Positions 51,544 to 60,666 of a stretch of 64,000 nucleotides of DNA are shown piece after piece. The position numbers were made by a program, and so were the translations under genes. The notes beneath the pieces are model-generated. The model was not told where the DNA came from, made no database searches, and worked only from the letters and a program-made list of their open reading frames with translations. The stretch's first letter is position 1. Every line of letters begins with the position of its first letter. This DNA comes from an uncultured Verrucomicrobiae bacterium (GTDB lineage Bacteria > Verrucomicrobiota > Verrucomicrobiia > Chthoniobacterales > UBA10450): contig CAVSDR010000003.1 in NCBI GenBank assembly GCA_963726745.1, positions 128,001 through 192,000 on the forward strand, read 5' to 3'.

Positions 51544-54500
51544 GTCAAAGCGCTGGTCCTGCTTGCGAGCTGCCTTCTCGCGAGCGCGCCGTTTTCCCTC
51601 CGGGCCGATCCGCCGCCCGGCTATTACGACAGCGCGCAAGGCCTCTCCGGCGGCGCGCTCAAAGCCGCGCTGCACGAGCGAATCAAGGGCCAGACCGTCA
51701 TCCCTTACGTGAGCATTCTCGATCCGTTGCGCGTGCTCTACGAGGACCCGGCCGATCCGCACAACATCCTCCTCGTCTATTCGCAGACGAGCGTGAGCAA
51801 AAGCTCCTCCTCTTGGAATCGCGAGCATCTTTGGCCGCGCGCGCGCGGTGATTCCGACCAGGCCGGACCCGACGATAGCGACCTTTTCCACGTCGTCCCG
51901 GCCGACACCTCGGTGAACAACGTTCGCGGCAATCTCTACTTCGACGAGAGCAATCCGAACGATCCCGGCTACGTCATCCCAGCCGCGCCGCTCGCGCCGC
52001 AGACCAGCCGCGACAGCGATTCCTGGCAGCCCGCGCCGAGCGAGCGCGGCGACATCGCGCGCGCGCTTTTCTACATGGAAGTGCGCTACGACGGGACCGA
52101 GCCGAACACGACCGACATGGAGCTGGTCTCGTATCCACCGAGCGGCTCGCAGATGGCGAACCTGAACACGCTCCTCCTTTGGAATGAACAAGACCCGCCA
52201 GACGACGCCGAGCGTCGGCGGAACGACCTCATCTTTTCCGACTACCAGCACAATCGCAATCCGTTCATCGATCACCCGGAATGGGTCCAGGCCATCTGGG
52301 GCGTAGGCACGCCGAACGGCACCGGCACCCAGCCGATCGCGCAGGTGACCGCGCTCTCCGCTTCGGCCACGGAATTGCCGACGACTTCAGCGAACGTGCA
52401 GATCTCGCTCAATCAATTTGCCGGCAGCAGCGGCGTGACCGTTTTCTTCACCGTCAGCGGCACCGCGACCGCGGGCGCGGATTACAACCTCACCGGCCAG
52501 AACGTGAACTTCGATCCCGCGTCCGGCAGCGGGAGCTGTTTCATCCCGGCGAATTACAACAGCGCCGTGCTCACGCTCGTGCCCGTGGCTGACGGCATCG
52601 CGGAACCGGCGGAAAGCGCCACCATCACGCTCGCCTCGGGGATGAATTACACGATTGTCCCTGGCGCCGCGGCCACGGTTACGATCACCGACACGCCAGC
52701 GCTTCCGGCCTCGTGGAACTTCGACGCTGTGCCATACCCGAATCCCTTGCCGGCCACTTCCGGCTTTGGCTCGATCTCGTTCAGCGGCTGGGGCGGCACG
52801 GTGACGAACTTCTCCGGCACCTCGGGCAATGCGCTCGCGCTCGTCGGCCCTGGCGGGAACAACACCTTCATTGATTTCCGCTTTTCCATGCAGGGCTTCA
52901 TAAGCCTGCACATTGCCTTCGCCACCCGCGGGACCGCCAGCGGTTACGACACCGGCCGCTGGTCCTTCAGCGTCGACGGCGCGAATTTCACCACCCTGGC
53001 AAACATCAACACCGCCAGCCGCAGCGCCACTTTCGTGCAGCGCGCGGTCGACTTCTCCGCCTACAGCGAGCTGGATAATGCACCCAATGTCACCCTGCGT
53101 TACACCCTCAGCGGCGCCACCGGGAGCGCGGGCAACAATCGCATCGACGACTTCAGCATCACTGCCACCTCCGCCGCTACCGGCGATCAATTGCGCACCG
53201 TGCAAATCGCCGCCTCCGACGCCAGCGCCTCGGAAACCGGCGACCCTGGCGTCTTTGCCATCCGGATCAATGGCGTGGCCAATCCCGGCGGCCTCGCCGT
53301 TGGCTTTACCCTTTCCGGCAGCGCGACCGCACCCGGCCTCGCGAATGCCGATTACGAATTAGACGGCGCCTTCACCTACGACCCGGCGACGCGCAAAGGC
53401 ACGATCGTGATTCCGGAAGGCGCGGGCACGGCGCTTCTCCGCATTCTCCCGATTGCCGACACTTTCGTCGAGGGCACGGAGACGATTGTCTGCACGATCG
53501 ACCCGCGGCCGGGCGATTACCTCGTGGGCGCGGTCTCGAGCGCACTCATCAACCTGTTCGAGCCCCCGCCTAACGACCAGTTTGCCAGCGCGCTCACCGT
53601 GCCCGCCGGCGGCGGCGGCCTGAGCGGAAACAATCTCGAGGCCAGCGCGGAAGCGGGCGAGCCTCTCCACGCCGGTTACGCCGGCGGCCGCTCGGTCTGG
53701 TGGAATTGGACCGCGCCGAGCAGCGGCAGCGTGACCATTTCCACCGCCGGGAGCAGCTTCGACACGCTCCTCGCGGTCTACACCGGCGACGCGGTCAACG
53801 CGCTCACCGTCGTCGCGAGCGATACCAACAGCGGTGGCCAGCTCACCAGCGCGGTCCGTTTCGCAACCGTCGCCGGGACCACTTACCGGATCGCGGTCGA
53901 CGGCTACGGCGGCGCCACGGGCAACATCAACCTCACCGTGACCCCAAGCGCCAACGCGCCGATTCGCCCAGCGAACGACAATTTTGCCAGCAACATCGTG
54001 CTCACCGGCAACACCCCCTCCACCAGCGCGAGCAACGACTACGCGACCAAGGAAGCGAGCGAGCCGAACCACGCCGCCATCGCCGGCGGCAAATCCGTTT
54101 GGTGGCGCTGGACCGCGCTCTATTCCGGCAGCACCGTCGTCTCCACTTCCGGGAGCAACTTCGACACGCTCCTTGCGGTCTACACCGGCCCGGGCCTTGG
54201 CAGTCTCGCGCTCGTCGCGAGCAATAACGATTACAGCGGCACCACCAGTCGCGTGACCTTCAACGCCGTCGCCGGCACCACTTACTTCCTCGCGGTCGAT
54301 GGGAATTACGCCTCTTCCGGCACGGTCGCGCTCAGCGTCACCGGGTTCGCGCCGCCGCCGCCTAACGACAACTTCGTCAACGGCCTCGTCCTCACCGGGA
54401 CCAATCCCTCCGCCAGCGGCACCAACGCCGGCGCGACCAAGGAAACCGGCGAGCCGAACCACGCGAACAACAGCGGCGGTAAATCCGTTTGGTGGCGCTG

Positions 54501-55941
54501 GACCGCGCCCGCCAGCGGCACCTTCTCCATCACCACCGCGGGGAGTAACTTCGACACCACGCTCGGCGTTTACACCGGCAGCGCGGTCAACGCCCTCACC
54601 CTCATCGGCGGCGACGACGACAGCGGCCCCGGCGTCACCAGTCTGGTCACTTTCAACGCCACCGCCGGGGTCACTTACCAGATCGCGGTCGATGGCTACA
54701 GCGGCGCGTCCGGCAGCATCTCGCTGGCTCTTTCGCCGCCGGTCGCACCGCCCGCGAACGACAACTTTGCCAGCGCCTTCACCCTCACCGGCGACGCTCC
54801 GAGCACCAGCGGCACGAATTTGAGCGCCACCCGGGAACCCGGCGAGCCGAACCACGCGGGCGACCCCGGCGGGCACTCCGTCTGGTGGCGCTGGACCTCC
54901 ACGCGGACCGGCTACGTCTCCGTCTCCACCGCCGGGAGTAACTTCGACACGCTCCTCGCGGTCTACACCGGAAGCGCAGTCAACGCCCTCACCCTCGTGG
55001 CCGCGAACGACCAGGCAAACGACACCGACCAAAGCCAGCTCGTCTTCGCCGCTACCGCCGGGGTGGAGTATTTCCTCGCGGTCGATGGCTGGGCCGGCGG
55101 CCAGGGGAACGTCGCCCTTGCGCTCAATGGTCCGCTGCCGCCGCCGCAGGTCACCCTCTTCACCCTCGACGATTCCGCGGCCGAGCGCCCGCTCGATTCC
55201 GCCCGCTTCTACCTCTCGTTAGCCGACGCCCAGCCGCAGCCGGTCACGGTCGGCTTCACCGTCGGCGGCAGCGCTACCCCCGGGGTCGATTACACTCTCG
55301 ACGCGCCGCTGAGCGGCAATACCGGGAGCGTGACTTTCGCCCCTAACGAGACCATCAAGATGGTCACGCTCACCCCGTTGCCGGATGGCGACTTCACCGA
55401 GTTCGACGAAACCATCGTGCCCGCGCTCGTCGGCGGGAGCGGTTACGTCGTCGGCAATCCCGCCACCGGCGCGGTCATCACCCTGCACGACGACACCCCT
55501 TACAACGCCGCCTGGGCCCAGCTCTTCGCCCCCGCTTTCACCGGCCTCGCGACCCATCCGCTGGCTGATTTCTCCGGCAACGGCGTGGCCAACCTCCTCG
55601 TCTTCGCCTTCAACGGCGACCCGCGTTCCGCCAGCTTGCTCGACCTTAGCGGCCAGCCGCTTCTCCCTGTTGCCGGCACCGCCCTCCTGCCCGATCCCGC
55701 CGATGGCAATCTGCTCAAGCCCTACGCCACCCTCACTTTCAACCGCCGCACCGACGCCCCGCAGCTCTCTTACCTGGTGGAAACAGCCGACAACCTCACC
55801 GGCCCGTGGAGCACCGACGCCGTCCTGGCGAGCGTCACCACCACCGGTCTCCCGCCCGGCATCGAGCGCGTCACCTACCGCGCCGCGCAGCCCTTGCCCG
55901 CGCCCCGCAAATTCCTGCGCGTCCGCCTCACCGCGCCGTAG
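51544..55941 (+). CDS. Large secreted endonuclease I (Bsn-type) protein with Calx-beta-like, jelly-roll and four PPC-like repeat domains
   Basis: WNREHLWP, DLFH, RGNL.F, RGDIARALFYM, NRNPFIDHP; in-frame signal peptide upstream of the called start; four PxND.F..SVWW.WT..DT.L.VYTG..AVDG repeats. Confidence 0.85.
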   Translation, partial: VKALVLLASCLLASAPFSLRADPPPGYYDSAQGLSGGALKAALHERIKGQTVIPYVSILDPLRVLYEDPADPHNILLVYSQTSVSKSSSSWNREHLWPRARGDSDQAGPDDSDLFHVVPADTSVNNVRGNLYFDESNPNDPGYVIPAAPLAPQTSRDSDSWQPAPSERGDIARALFYMEVRYDGTEPNTTDMELVSYPPSGSQMANLNTLLLWNEQDPPDDAERRRNDLIFSDYQHNRNPFIDHPEWVQAIWGVGTPNGTGTQPIAQVTALSASATELPTTSANVQISLNQFAGSSGVTVFFTVSGTATAGADYNLTGQNVNFDPASGSGSCFIPANYNSAVLTLVPVADGIAEPAESATITLASGMNYTIVPGAAATVTITDTPALPASWNFDAVPYPNPLPATSGFGSISFSGWGGTVTNFSGTSGNALALVGPGGNNTFIDFRFSMQGFISLHIAFATRGTASGYDTGRWSFSVDGANFTTLANINTASRSATFVQRAVDFSAYSELDNAPNVTLRYTLSGATGSAGNNRIDDFSITATSAATGDQLRTVQIAASDASASETGDPGVFAIRINGVANPGGLAVGFTLSGSATAPGLANADYELDGAFTYDPATRKGTIVIPEGAGTALLRILPIADTFVEGTETIVCTIDPRPGDYLVGAVSSALINLFEPPPNDQFASALTVPAGGGGLSGNNLEASAEAGEPLHAGYAGGRSVWWNWTAPSSGSVTISTAGSSFDTLLAVYTGDAVNALTVVASDTNSGGQLTSAVRFATVAGTTYRIAVDGYGGATGNINLTVTPSANAPIRPANDNFASNIVLTGNTPSTSASNDYATKEASEPNHAAIAGGKSVWWRWTALYSGSTVVSTSGSNFDTLLAVYTGPGLGSLALVASNNDYSGTTSRVTFNAVAGTTYFLAVDGNYASSGTVALSVTGFAPPPPNDNFVNGLVLTGTNPSASGTNAGATKETGEPNHANNSGGKSVWWRWTAPASGTFSITTAGSNFDTTLGVYTGSAVNALTLIGGDDDSGPGVTSLVTFNATAGVTYQIAVDGYSGASGSISLALSPPVAPPANDNFASAFTLTGDAPSTSGTNLSATREPGEPNHAGDPGGHSVWWRWTSTRTGYVSVSTAGSNFDTLLAVYTGSAVNALTLVAANDQANDTDQSQLVFAATAGVEYFLAVDGWAGGQGNVALALNGPLPPPQVTLFTLDDSAAERPLDSARFYLSLADAQPQPVTVGFTVGGSATPGVDYTLDAPLSGNTGSVTFAPNETIKMVTLTPLPDGDFTEFDETIVPALVGGSGYVVGNPATGAVITLHDDTPYNAAWAQLFAPAFTGLATHPLADFSGNGVANLLVFAFNGDPRSASLLDLSGQPLLPVAGTALLPDPADGNLLKPYATLTFNRRTDAPQLSYLVETADNLTGPWSTDAVLASVTTTGLPPGIERVTYRAAQPLPAPRKFLRVRLTAP

Positions 55942-56076
55942 CGTTCGACGTTCGACGTCGCCTCCTCCCCTCGTTGATCCATTGAACGTTGGAAGTTGAA
56001 CGTTGAACGTTCTGCCCCTCTCTTCCGATCGCTCTCCCGAGCGCTCACGAGCACGATCAGGAGCAAGAGCACGAGT
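55942..56076. repeat. Intergenic short-period repeat element (7-bp CGTTCGA/TTGAACG blocks plus 6-bp GAGCAC-type block)
   Basis: CGTTCGACGTTCGACG ... TTGAACGTTGGAAGTTGAACGTTGAACGTT, then GAGCACGATCAGGAGCAAGAGCACGAG. Confidence 0.7.
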
Positions 56077-56083
56077 AAACCAG

Positions 56084-56815
56084 ATGCACCGCTTCCACCT
56101 TCCGCCTAACGACTGGTCCGCCACCCCGCTCCGTCTCCGCGGCCCCGAGGCGCGCCACGCCCGCACCGTCCTCCGCCTCGAGCCCGGCGCGAAGCTGGTC
56201 CTCTTCGACGGCCACGGCCGCGAAGCCACCGCCGAGATCACCGCCACGGAAAACCGCGAAATTAGCCTGCGCCTTCTGCACGAGACCCGCACCCCGCCGC
56301 TCCGCTGCCGCATCACCCTCGGCCAGGCCATTCCCAAGGGGAAAAACATGGACTTGATCGTGCAGAAAGCGGTCGAGCTCGGCGCGGCCGCGATCGTTCC
56401 GCTGCTCTCCGATCGCACCATCGTCCGGCTCGACCCGGCCGACGCCGCGGCCAAGCAGGCGAAGTGGCAGCAGATCGCGGTCGAGGCGGCCAAGCAATGC
56501 GGCCAGAATTGGCTCCCGGAAGTGCAGACCCCGCGCAGCCTCGCCGATTTCTTCGGCGCGCGCCCGCGCTTCGACCTCATGCTCATCGGCTCGCTGCAAA
56601 GCGACGCCCGCCACCTCCGGCAAATCCTCGCCGAGACCGCCACCCCGCCCGCCAGCGTCCTCATGCTCGTCGGCCCCGAGGGCGACTTCACCCCCGCCGA
56701 GCTCGGCCTCGCCAAGACCCACGGCTGCCGCCCGATCACCCTCGGCCCCATCATCCTCCGCGTGGAGACCGCCGCGCTCTATTGCCTGAGCGTCCTTTCC
56801 TACGAGCTGCTTTAG
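56084..56815 (+). CDS. rsmE: 16S rRNA m3U1498 methyltransferase
   Basis: H..TVLRL, KAVELG, EAAKQCG, VGPEGDF, LGPIILRVETA. Confidence 0.95.
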   Translation: MHRFHLPPNDWSATPLRLRGPEARHARTVLRLEPGAKLVLFDGHGREATAEITATENREISLRLLHETRTPPLRCRITLGQAIPKGKNMDLIVQKAVELGAAAIVPLLSDRTIVRLDPADAAAKQAKWQQIAVEAAKQCGQNWLPEVQTPRSLADFFGARPRFDLMLIGSLQSDARHLRQILAETATPPASVLMLVGPEGDFTPAELGLAKTHGCRPITLGPIILRVETAALYCLSVLSYELL

Positions 56816-56972
56816 GGGAACCGCCCCGCGGTCCGGCGATGGAAAACGCGTAAGCCGCTGGCGCCCCGCCCCCTCGGTCAGAAAAAAAGTTTCGAATTCT
56901 TCCAAAAAAGGATTGTCAGCCCGCCGACTGCCTGAGAATCTCGCCAGCACCCAGACAAACCTCGGAGAACAA

Positions 56973-57737
56973 ATGATTAAAACTCTATACGCCTCACTCA
57001 CTGCAGCCTTCGCACTTGTCTCGATTGGGACTGCGAGTGCCGTTACCTACACGGAAAATTTTGATAATCTTGCGAGCGGGCTGCCAGCGGGTTGGACCGT
57101 TTCCTCGAACGCCACCGCAACAACCATAGGCAACCAAAATGCGACGTATAACCCGGCGCAGATTCTCTGGAGTTCGACCACGGGCCAGTTCGGGAATTAT
57201 GCATCCGCGACCGGTTTAACTGCTGCTGCGACCGCCGCTGAGCAGAATGCTTCTACAAATCGCGCGCTTGCTGAGCGGCAAACGGGAGCGTTTGGCGATC
57301 CTGGGGTCGCCTTCAACTTCAACTTCAGCACCACGGGTGCAACGGTTTCAGCCCTTTCCATTGACCTGCAGATGTTGAGCGTTCAAACGCGTTCGACCGC
57401 TTTCACGCTGCAGTATGGTGTTGGCCCATCGCCTTCGACTTTTACCACGCTCGGCACCTATAACGACCCGGGAGTGTTCGGGTCGACGAGCTTCGCCTTC
57501 ACAAACGCCGATTTCGGGACGGCCTTGGACAACCAAGCTAATGTCACCTTCCGCATAGTTGCATTAACCGCCTCGGCGGGAAGTGGCAGCCGGGACACGG
57601 TTGGGATCGATAATTTCTCCCTGACCTCCTCCGCTCCGATTACTCCTGTCCAGATTCCCGAGCCTGCGACCTACATGCTTCTGGGCATGGGCGCGCTCGT
57701 TTGTGGGCAGCGCTTCCTCCGCCGCAAGCAGAGCTAA
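56973..57737 (+). CDS. PEP-CTERM sorting-domain protein
   Basis: Signal peptide; C-terminal IPEPATYMLLGMGALVCG followed by basic RFLRRK. Confidence 0.92.
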   Translation: MIKTLYASLTAAFALVSIGTASAVTYTENFDNLASGLPAGWTVSSNATATTIGNQNATYNPAQILWSSTTGQFGNYASATGLTAAATAAEQNASTNRALAERQTGAFGDPGVAFNFNFSTTGATVSALSIDLQMLSVQTRSTAFTLQYGVGPSPSTFTTLGTYNDPGVFGSTSFAFTNADFGTALDNQANVTFRIVALTASAGSGSRDTVGIDNFSLTSSAPITPVQIPEPATYMLLGMGALVCGQRFLRRKQS

Positions 57738-57760
57738 GAAAACGTCGGCTGTTTCTCCGC

Positions 57761-57799
57761 AACGCCTCTCCGGTTCGCCCGGAGAGGCGTTTTGCTTTT
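57761..57799 (+). terminator. Rho-independent terminator
   Basis: AACGCCTCTCCGG-TTCGC-CCGGAGAGGCGTT followed by TTGCTTTT. Confidence 0.85.
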
Positions 57800-57889
57800 C
57801 GGGGCGACCTTGAGGGGGCGGCGTTCCGTCTCCTCCAAGGTCGCCGGGCTCTCCGCGGGTAGAGCGCCGTTGCGGGACAAACGGGTGCC

Positions 57890-58505
57890 CCCTTGGCTAA
57901 TTTGCCTGCCATTATGGCCAACTCGTCTGCCGCTTTGGCCAACTGATCTGCCGTCTGGGCCAACTGATCTGCCGTCTGGGCCAACTGATCTGCCGTCTGG
58001 GCCAACTGATCTGCCGTCTGGGCCAACTGATCTGCCGTCTGGGCCAACTGATCTGCCGTCTGGGCCAACTGATCTGCCGTCTGGGCCAACTGATCTGCCG
58101 TCTGGGCCAACTGATCTGCCGTCTGGGCCAACTGATCTGCCGTCTGGGCCAACTGATCTGCCGTCTGGGCCAATGATTGCCGTCTGGCCAATGATCTGCC
58201 GTCTGGGCCAAGATGAGTTGCCGTCTGGGCCAAGATGAGTTGCCGTCTGGCGAAGATGAGTTGCCGTCTGGCGAAGATGAGTTGCCGTCTGGCGAAGATG
58301 AGTTGCCGTCTGGGCCAGATGAGTTGCCGTTTGGGCCAGCTGATCTGCCATCTTGGCCAACTCGCTGGCTGTTTTGCCCAGATCGATTCTCAGTCCGGCC
58401 AGTCCGCCGCCTGATTTGGCCAAAGCGCCCGCAGCCTGGCCAACTCGTTGGCTAATTTGGGCAACCTGAGCGATCCCTCGGGCAAAGGAGCCGACGCTTT
58501 GGCAA
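57890..58505. repeat. 21-bp tandem repeat array (unit GGCCAACTGATCTGCCGTCTG) with degenerate flanks
   Basis: About 11 perfect units at 57937-58167, then variant units (AGATGAGTTGCCGTCTGGCGA) to about 58335, with decayed 21-bp periodicity on both sides. Confidence 0.95.
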
Positions 58506-58577
58506 GGCGATCCCCCTCAATGCGGGGGCAAGCATGCGCGGATTTCGGCGCAGGATAGGCTTGGGTTTGGTTCTGTC

Positions 58578-58722
58578 GCTCTGCGTCCTCCGCGCCTCTG
58601 CGGTGAATTGGCCCGGTGGCCGTTCGCGGGCGGCCAGGGAGCCTTCCGCGTTGAGGCGTTGGAGGTTGAACGTTGGACGTTTCCCACTGCGGAGACATCG
58701 AGGACGAGGACGACGACGAGAG
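58578..58722. repeat. Intergenic short-period repeat element (CTCTGCG 9-mer-type, 7-bp and 6-bp blocks)
   Basis: CTCTGCGTCCTCCGCGCCTCTGCGG; CGTTGGAGGTTGAACGTTGGACGTT; GAGGACGAGGACGACGACGAG. Confidence 0.65.
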
Positions 58723-58727
58723 GCCCG

Positions 58728-60017
58728 CTACTTCGCCGCGCTCACCCGCCAGATGGTGTTGTTCCCATCCTCGCTAAAAAGGAGCGCGCCGTCCTTCGCC
58801 ACCGTGATCCCAACCGGGCGGCCCCAGACGTTCCCCTCGGGCGTGACGAAACCGGTCACGAAATCCTCGTAGTCGCCGCGCGCTTTCCCGTCTTTCCCGA
58901 AGGGCACACGCACGATCTTGTAGCCGGTGCGGCGCTTTTTATTCCAGGAGCCGTGGAAGGCGGCGAAGAGGTCGCCCCGGTATTCCGCGGGGAATTGCTC
59001 GCCGGTGTAGAAGGTGAGGTTGAGCGACGCGGAATGGCTCTGCACGAGGACGTCGGGGACGATCGTCTTGCTCGCTAATTCCGGCTTCTTCCCTTGGTGC
59101 CGCGGGTCCTGGTGCGCCCCGAGGTAATACCAGGGCCAGCCGTAGAAGCCGCCGGGCTGGACCGAGCTGAGGTAATCCGGCACCAGGCCGTCGCCAAGCT
59201 CATCGCGTTCGTTCACGCTCATCCAGAGCTCGTCGGTGCCGGGGCGGAACTTGATCCCGACCGCATTGCGCACGCCCCAGGCGTAGACTTTTTGCCCGGT
59301 GCCGTCGGGGTTGAACTCGAAGATGCGGGCGCGATCGGCCTCGGCCGCATCGTCGGAGACATTCGAGCGCGAGCCGATGGAGACATACATCTTCTGCCCG
59401 TCGGGCGAGAAGGTCACGTCGCGCGTCCAATGCCCGCCGCCATGAAGCAGGCCACCGGGCGAGAGATGGGCTCCGAGCGTTTCCGCCGGGCCGCGCGCCT
59501 GGAGATCGCCTTTGCGGTAGGGAAAACGGATCACGCCATCGGTATTGGCCACATAGAGCCACTGCGGGTCGGGACCGGGCGGGTAAAAGGCGAGCCCGAA
59601 AGGCTGGTTCAGGCCTTTCTCGACGAAGACTTCGTTCGTCTCCGGTTTGCCATCGCCATCGGCATCGCGGAGGACGCGGATCTGGTTGGCTTTGCTCTCG
59701 GTCACGAAGAGGTCGCCATTCGGCGCGGCCAGGAGATAGCGCGGATTCCGGAAGCCGCTGGCAAAAAGCTCGACCCGGAAACCGGGCGGCACGCGCAGTT
59801 GCGCCCCCTCCGGCCGCGAGACCACGCGGGCGTCATTCGAGACCGACTCCGTCGCATAGGGCGCCGGCAAATCCGCCACCGTCAGCCGATGGCGCACGCC
59901 CGGCGCATCCTGCGTCCAATCCGCCGCGACCGCCGCCTTGCCGGAGATCAGCGGCCCGTCCGCCGCCCCAGCCGAAGACGCGAACGCGAAGACCAAAAGC
60001 AGCGAGAAGCAGCGCAT
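58728..60017 (-). CDS. PQQ-dependent glucose/sorbosone dehydrogenase family protein
   Basis: Signal peptide; GGHWTR, SIGSRSN, GVRNAVG, NERDELGD, FYGWP, FHGSWN, WGRPVG. Confidence 0.9.
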   Translation of the reverse strand: MRCFSLLLVFAFASSAGAADGPLISGKAAVAADWTQDAPGVRHRLTVADLPAPYATESVSNDARVVSRPEGAQLRVPPGFRVELFASGFRNPRYLLAAPNGDLFVTESKANQIRVLRDADGDGKPETNEVFVEKGLNQPFGLAFYPPGPDPQWLYVANTDGVIRFPYRKGDLQARGPAETLGAHLSPGGLLHGGGHWTRDVTFSPDGQKMYVSIGSRSNVSDDAAEADRARIFEFNPDGTGQKVYAWGVRNAVGIKFRPGTDELWMSVNERDELGDGLVPDYLSSVQPGGFYGWPWYYLGAHQDPRHQGKKPELASKTIVPDVLVQSHSASLNLTFYTGEQFPAEYRGDLFAAFHGSWNKKRRTGYKIVRVPFGKDGKARGDYEDFVTGFVTPEGNVWGRPVGITVAKDGALLFSEDGNNTIWRVSAAK

Positions 60018-60054
60018 CCCAAAAAATAGACAGCAGGCTCCGGAAGAGAAATTC

Positions 60055-60244
60055 AATTTGGAAACCAGGAAGGAGAAGGAATCAGGAATTGAGGAAAGCA
60101 GGAAAGAGAAGACGGAGAAATTTGAAAATTAGAAAACCAGAAAAAGGGACGAGATCGGGAAGTGAGGAGGCAGAAAAATCCATTCCGCTGCCTCCTCCTT
60201 TGTGGCTTCCTGGTTTCCAAATTCCCTTCCTTCCCGCTTTCTCA
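60055..60244. repeat. Purine/pyrimidine-skewed inverted-repeat element (MITE/REP-like)
   Basis: Perfect 18-bp IR AATTTGGAAACCAGGAAG (60055-60072) / CTTCCTGGTTTCCAAATT (60206-60223); inner IR GAGGAGGCAG / CTGCCTCCTC. Confidence 0.7.
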
Positions 60245-60351
60245 CCGGTAATTTCCTGTCACCATCTGGCTCCGGTTCCGAATTCTTTCGCCAGGAAAAC
60301 GGTCGGCGCTCGCCCGGCCGTTCTCAGAGATGCTTTGCTGTCCGCCGCCCG

Positions 60352-60568
60352 CGTGGCTCGCCGCTGGGGTTAAAGATCTTCTTCGGCCTGCTGCTGGTGC
60401 TTGTCCTCTTTGCCGGGCGTTTACATCGTGCGGAATCGCGCGCGTTTTTTCCACCACCGCGCGGACGCAGGCGACAGCTACGCCTCAGCCAATTTGCGCA
60501 TGTGGATGATCATCCTCGTCTGGATCCACGCAGTCGTGATCCTGACCCTGATGATCTTCGAAACCTGA
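60352..60568 (+). CDS. Small two-TM membrane protein, frameshifted near 60415 (start uncertain)
   Basis: [18 protein letters not shown], then in another frame [37 protein letters not shown]. Confidence 0.55.
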
Positions 60569-60666
60569 GCCGCCACGCCCGGGCCGGCGGCCGCCAGCTT
60601 GCGTTTGCAATTTTGCCGGAGCCGCAGGAAGGTGTGCGCCCCGCAGCCCGAGATAACTTTCATCCC

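Noticed and set aside
57950..58310. Neisseria DUS (GCCGTCTGAA) cluster
   Set aside because: Only GCCGTCTG matches, followed by GG/GC rather than AA, and it is concentrated in the tandem repeat unit.
57937..58335. CRISPR array
   Set aside because: Units are directly abutting 21-mers with no unique spacers, and no cas genes are nearby.
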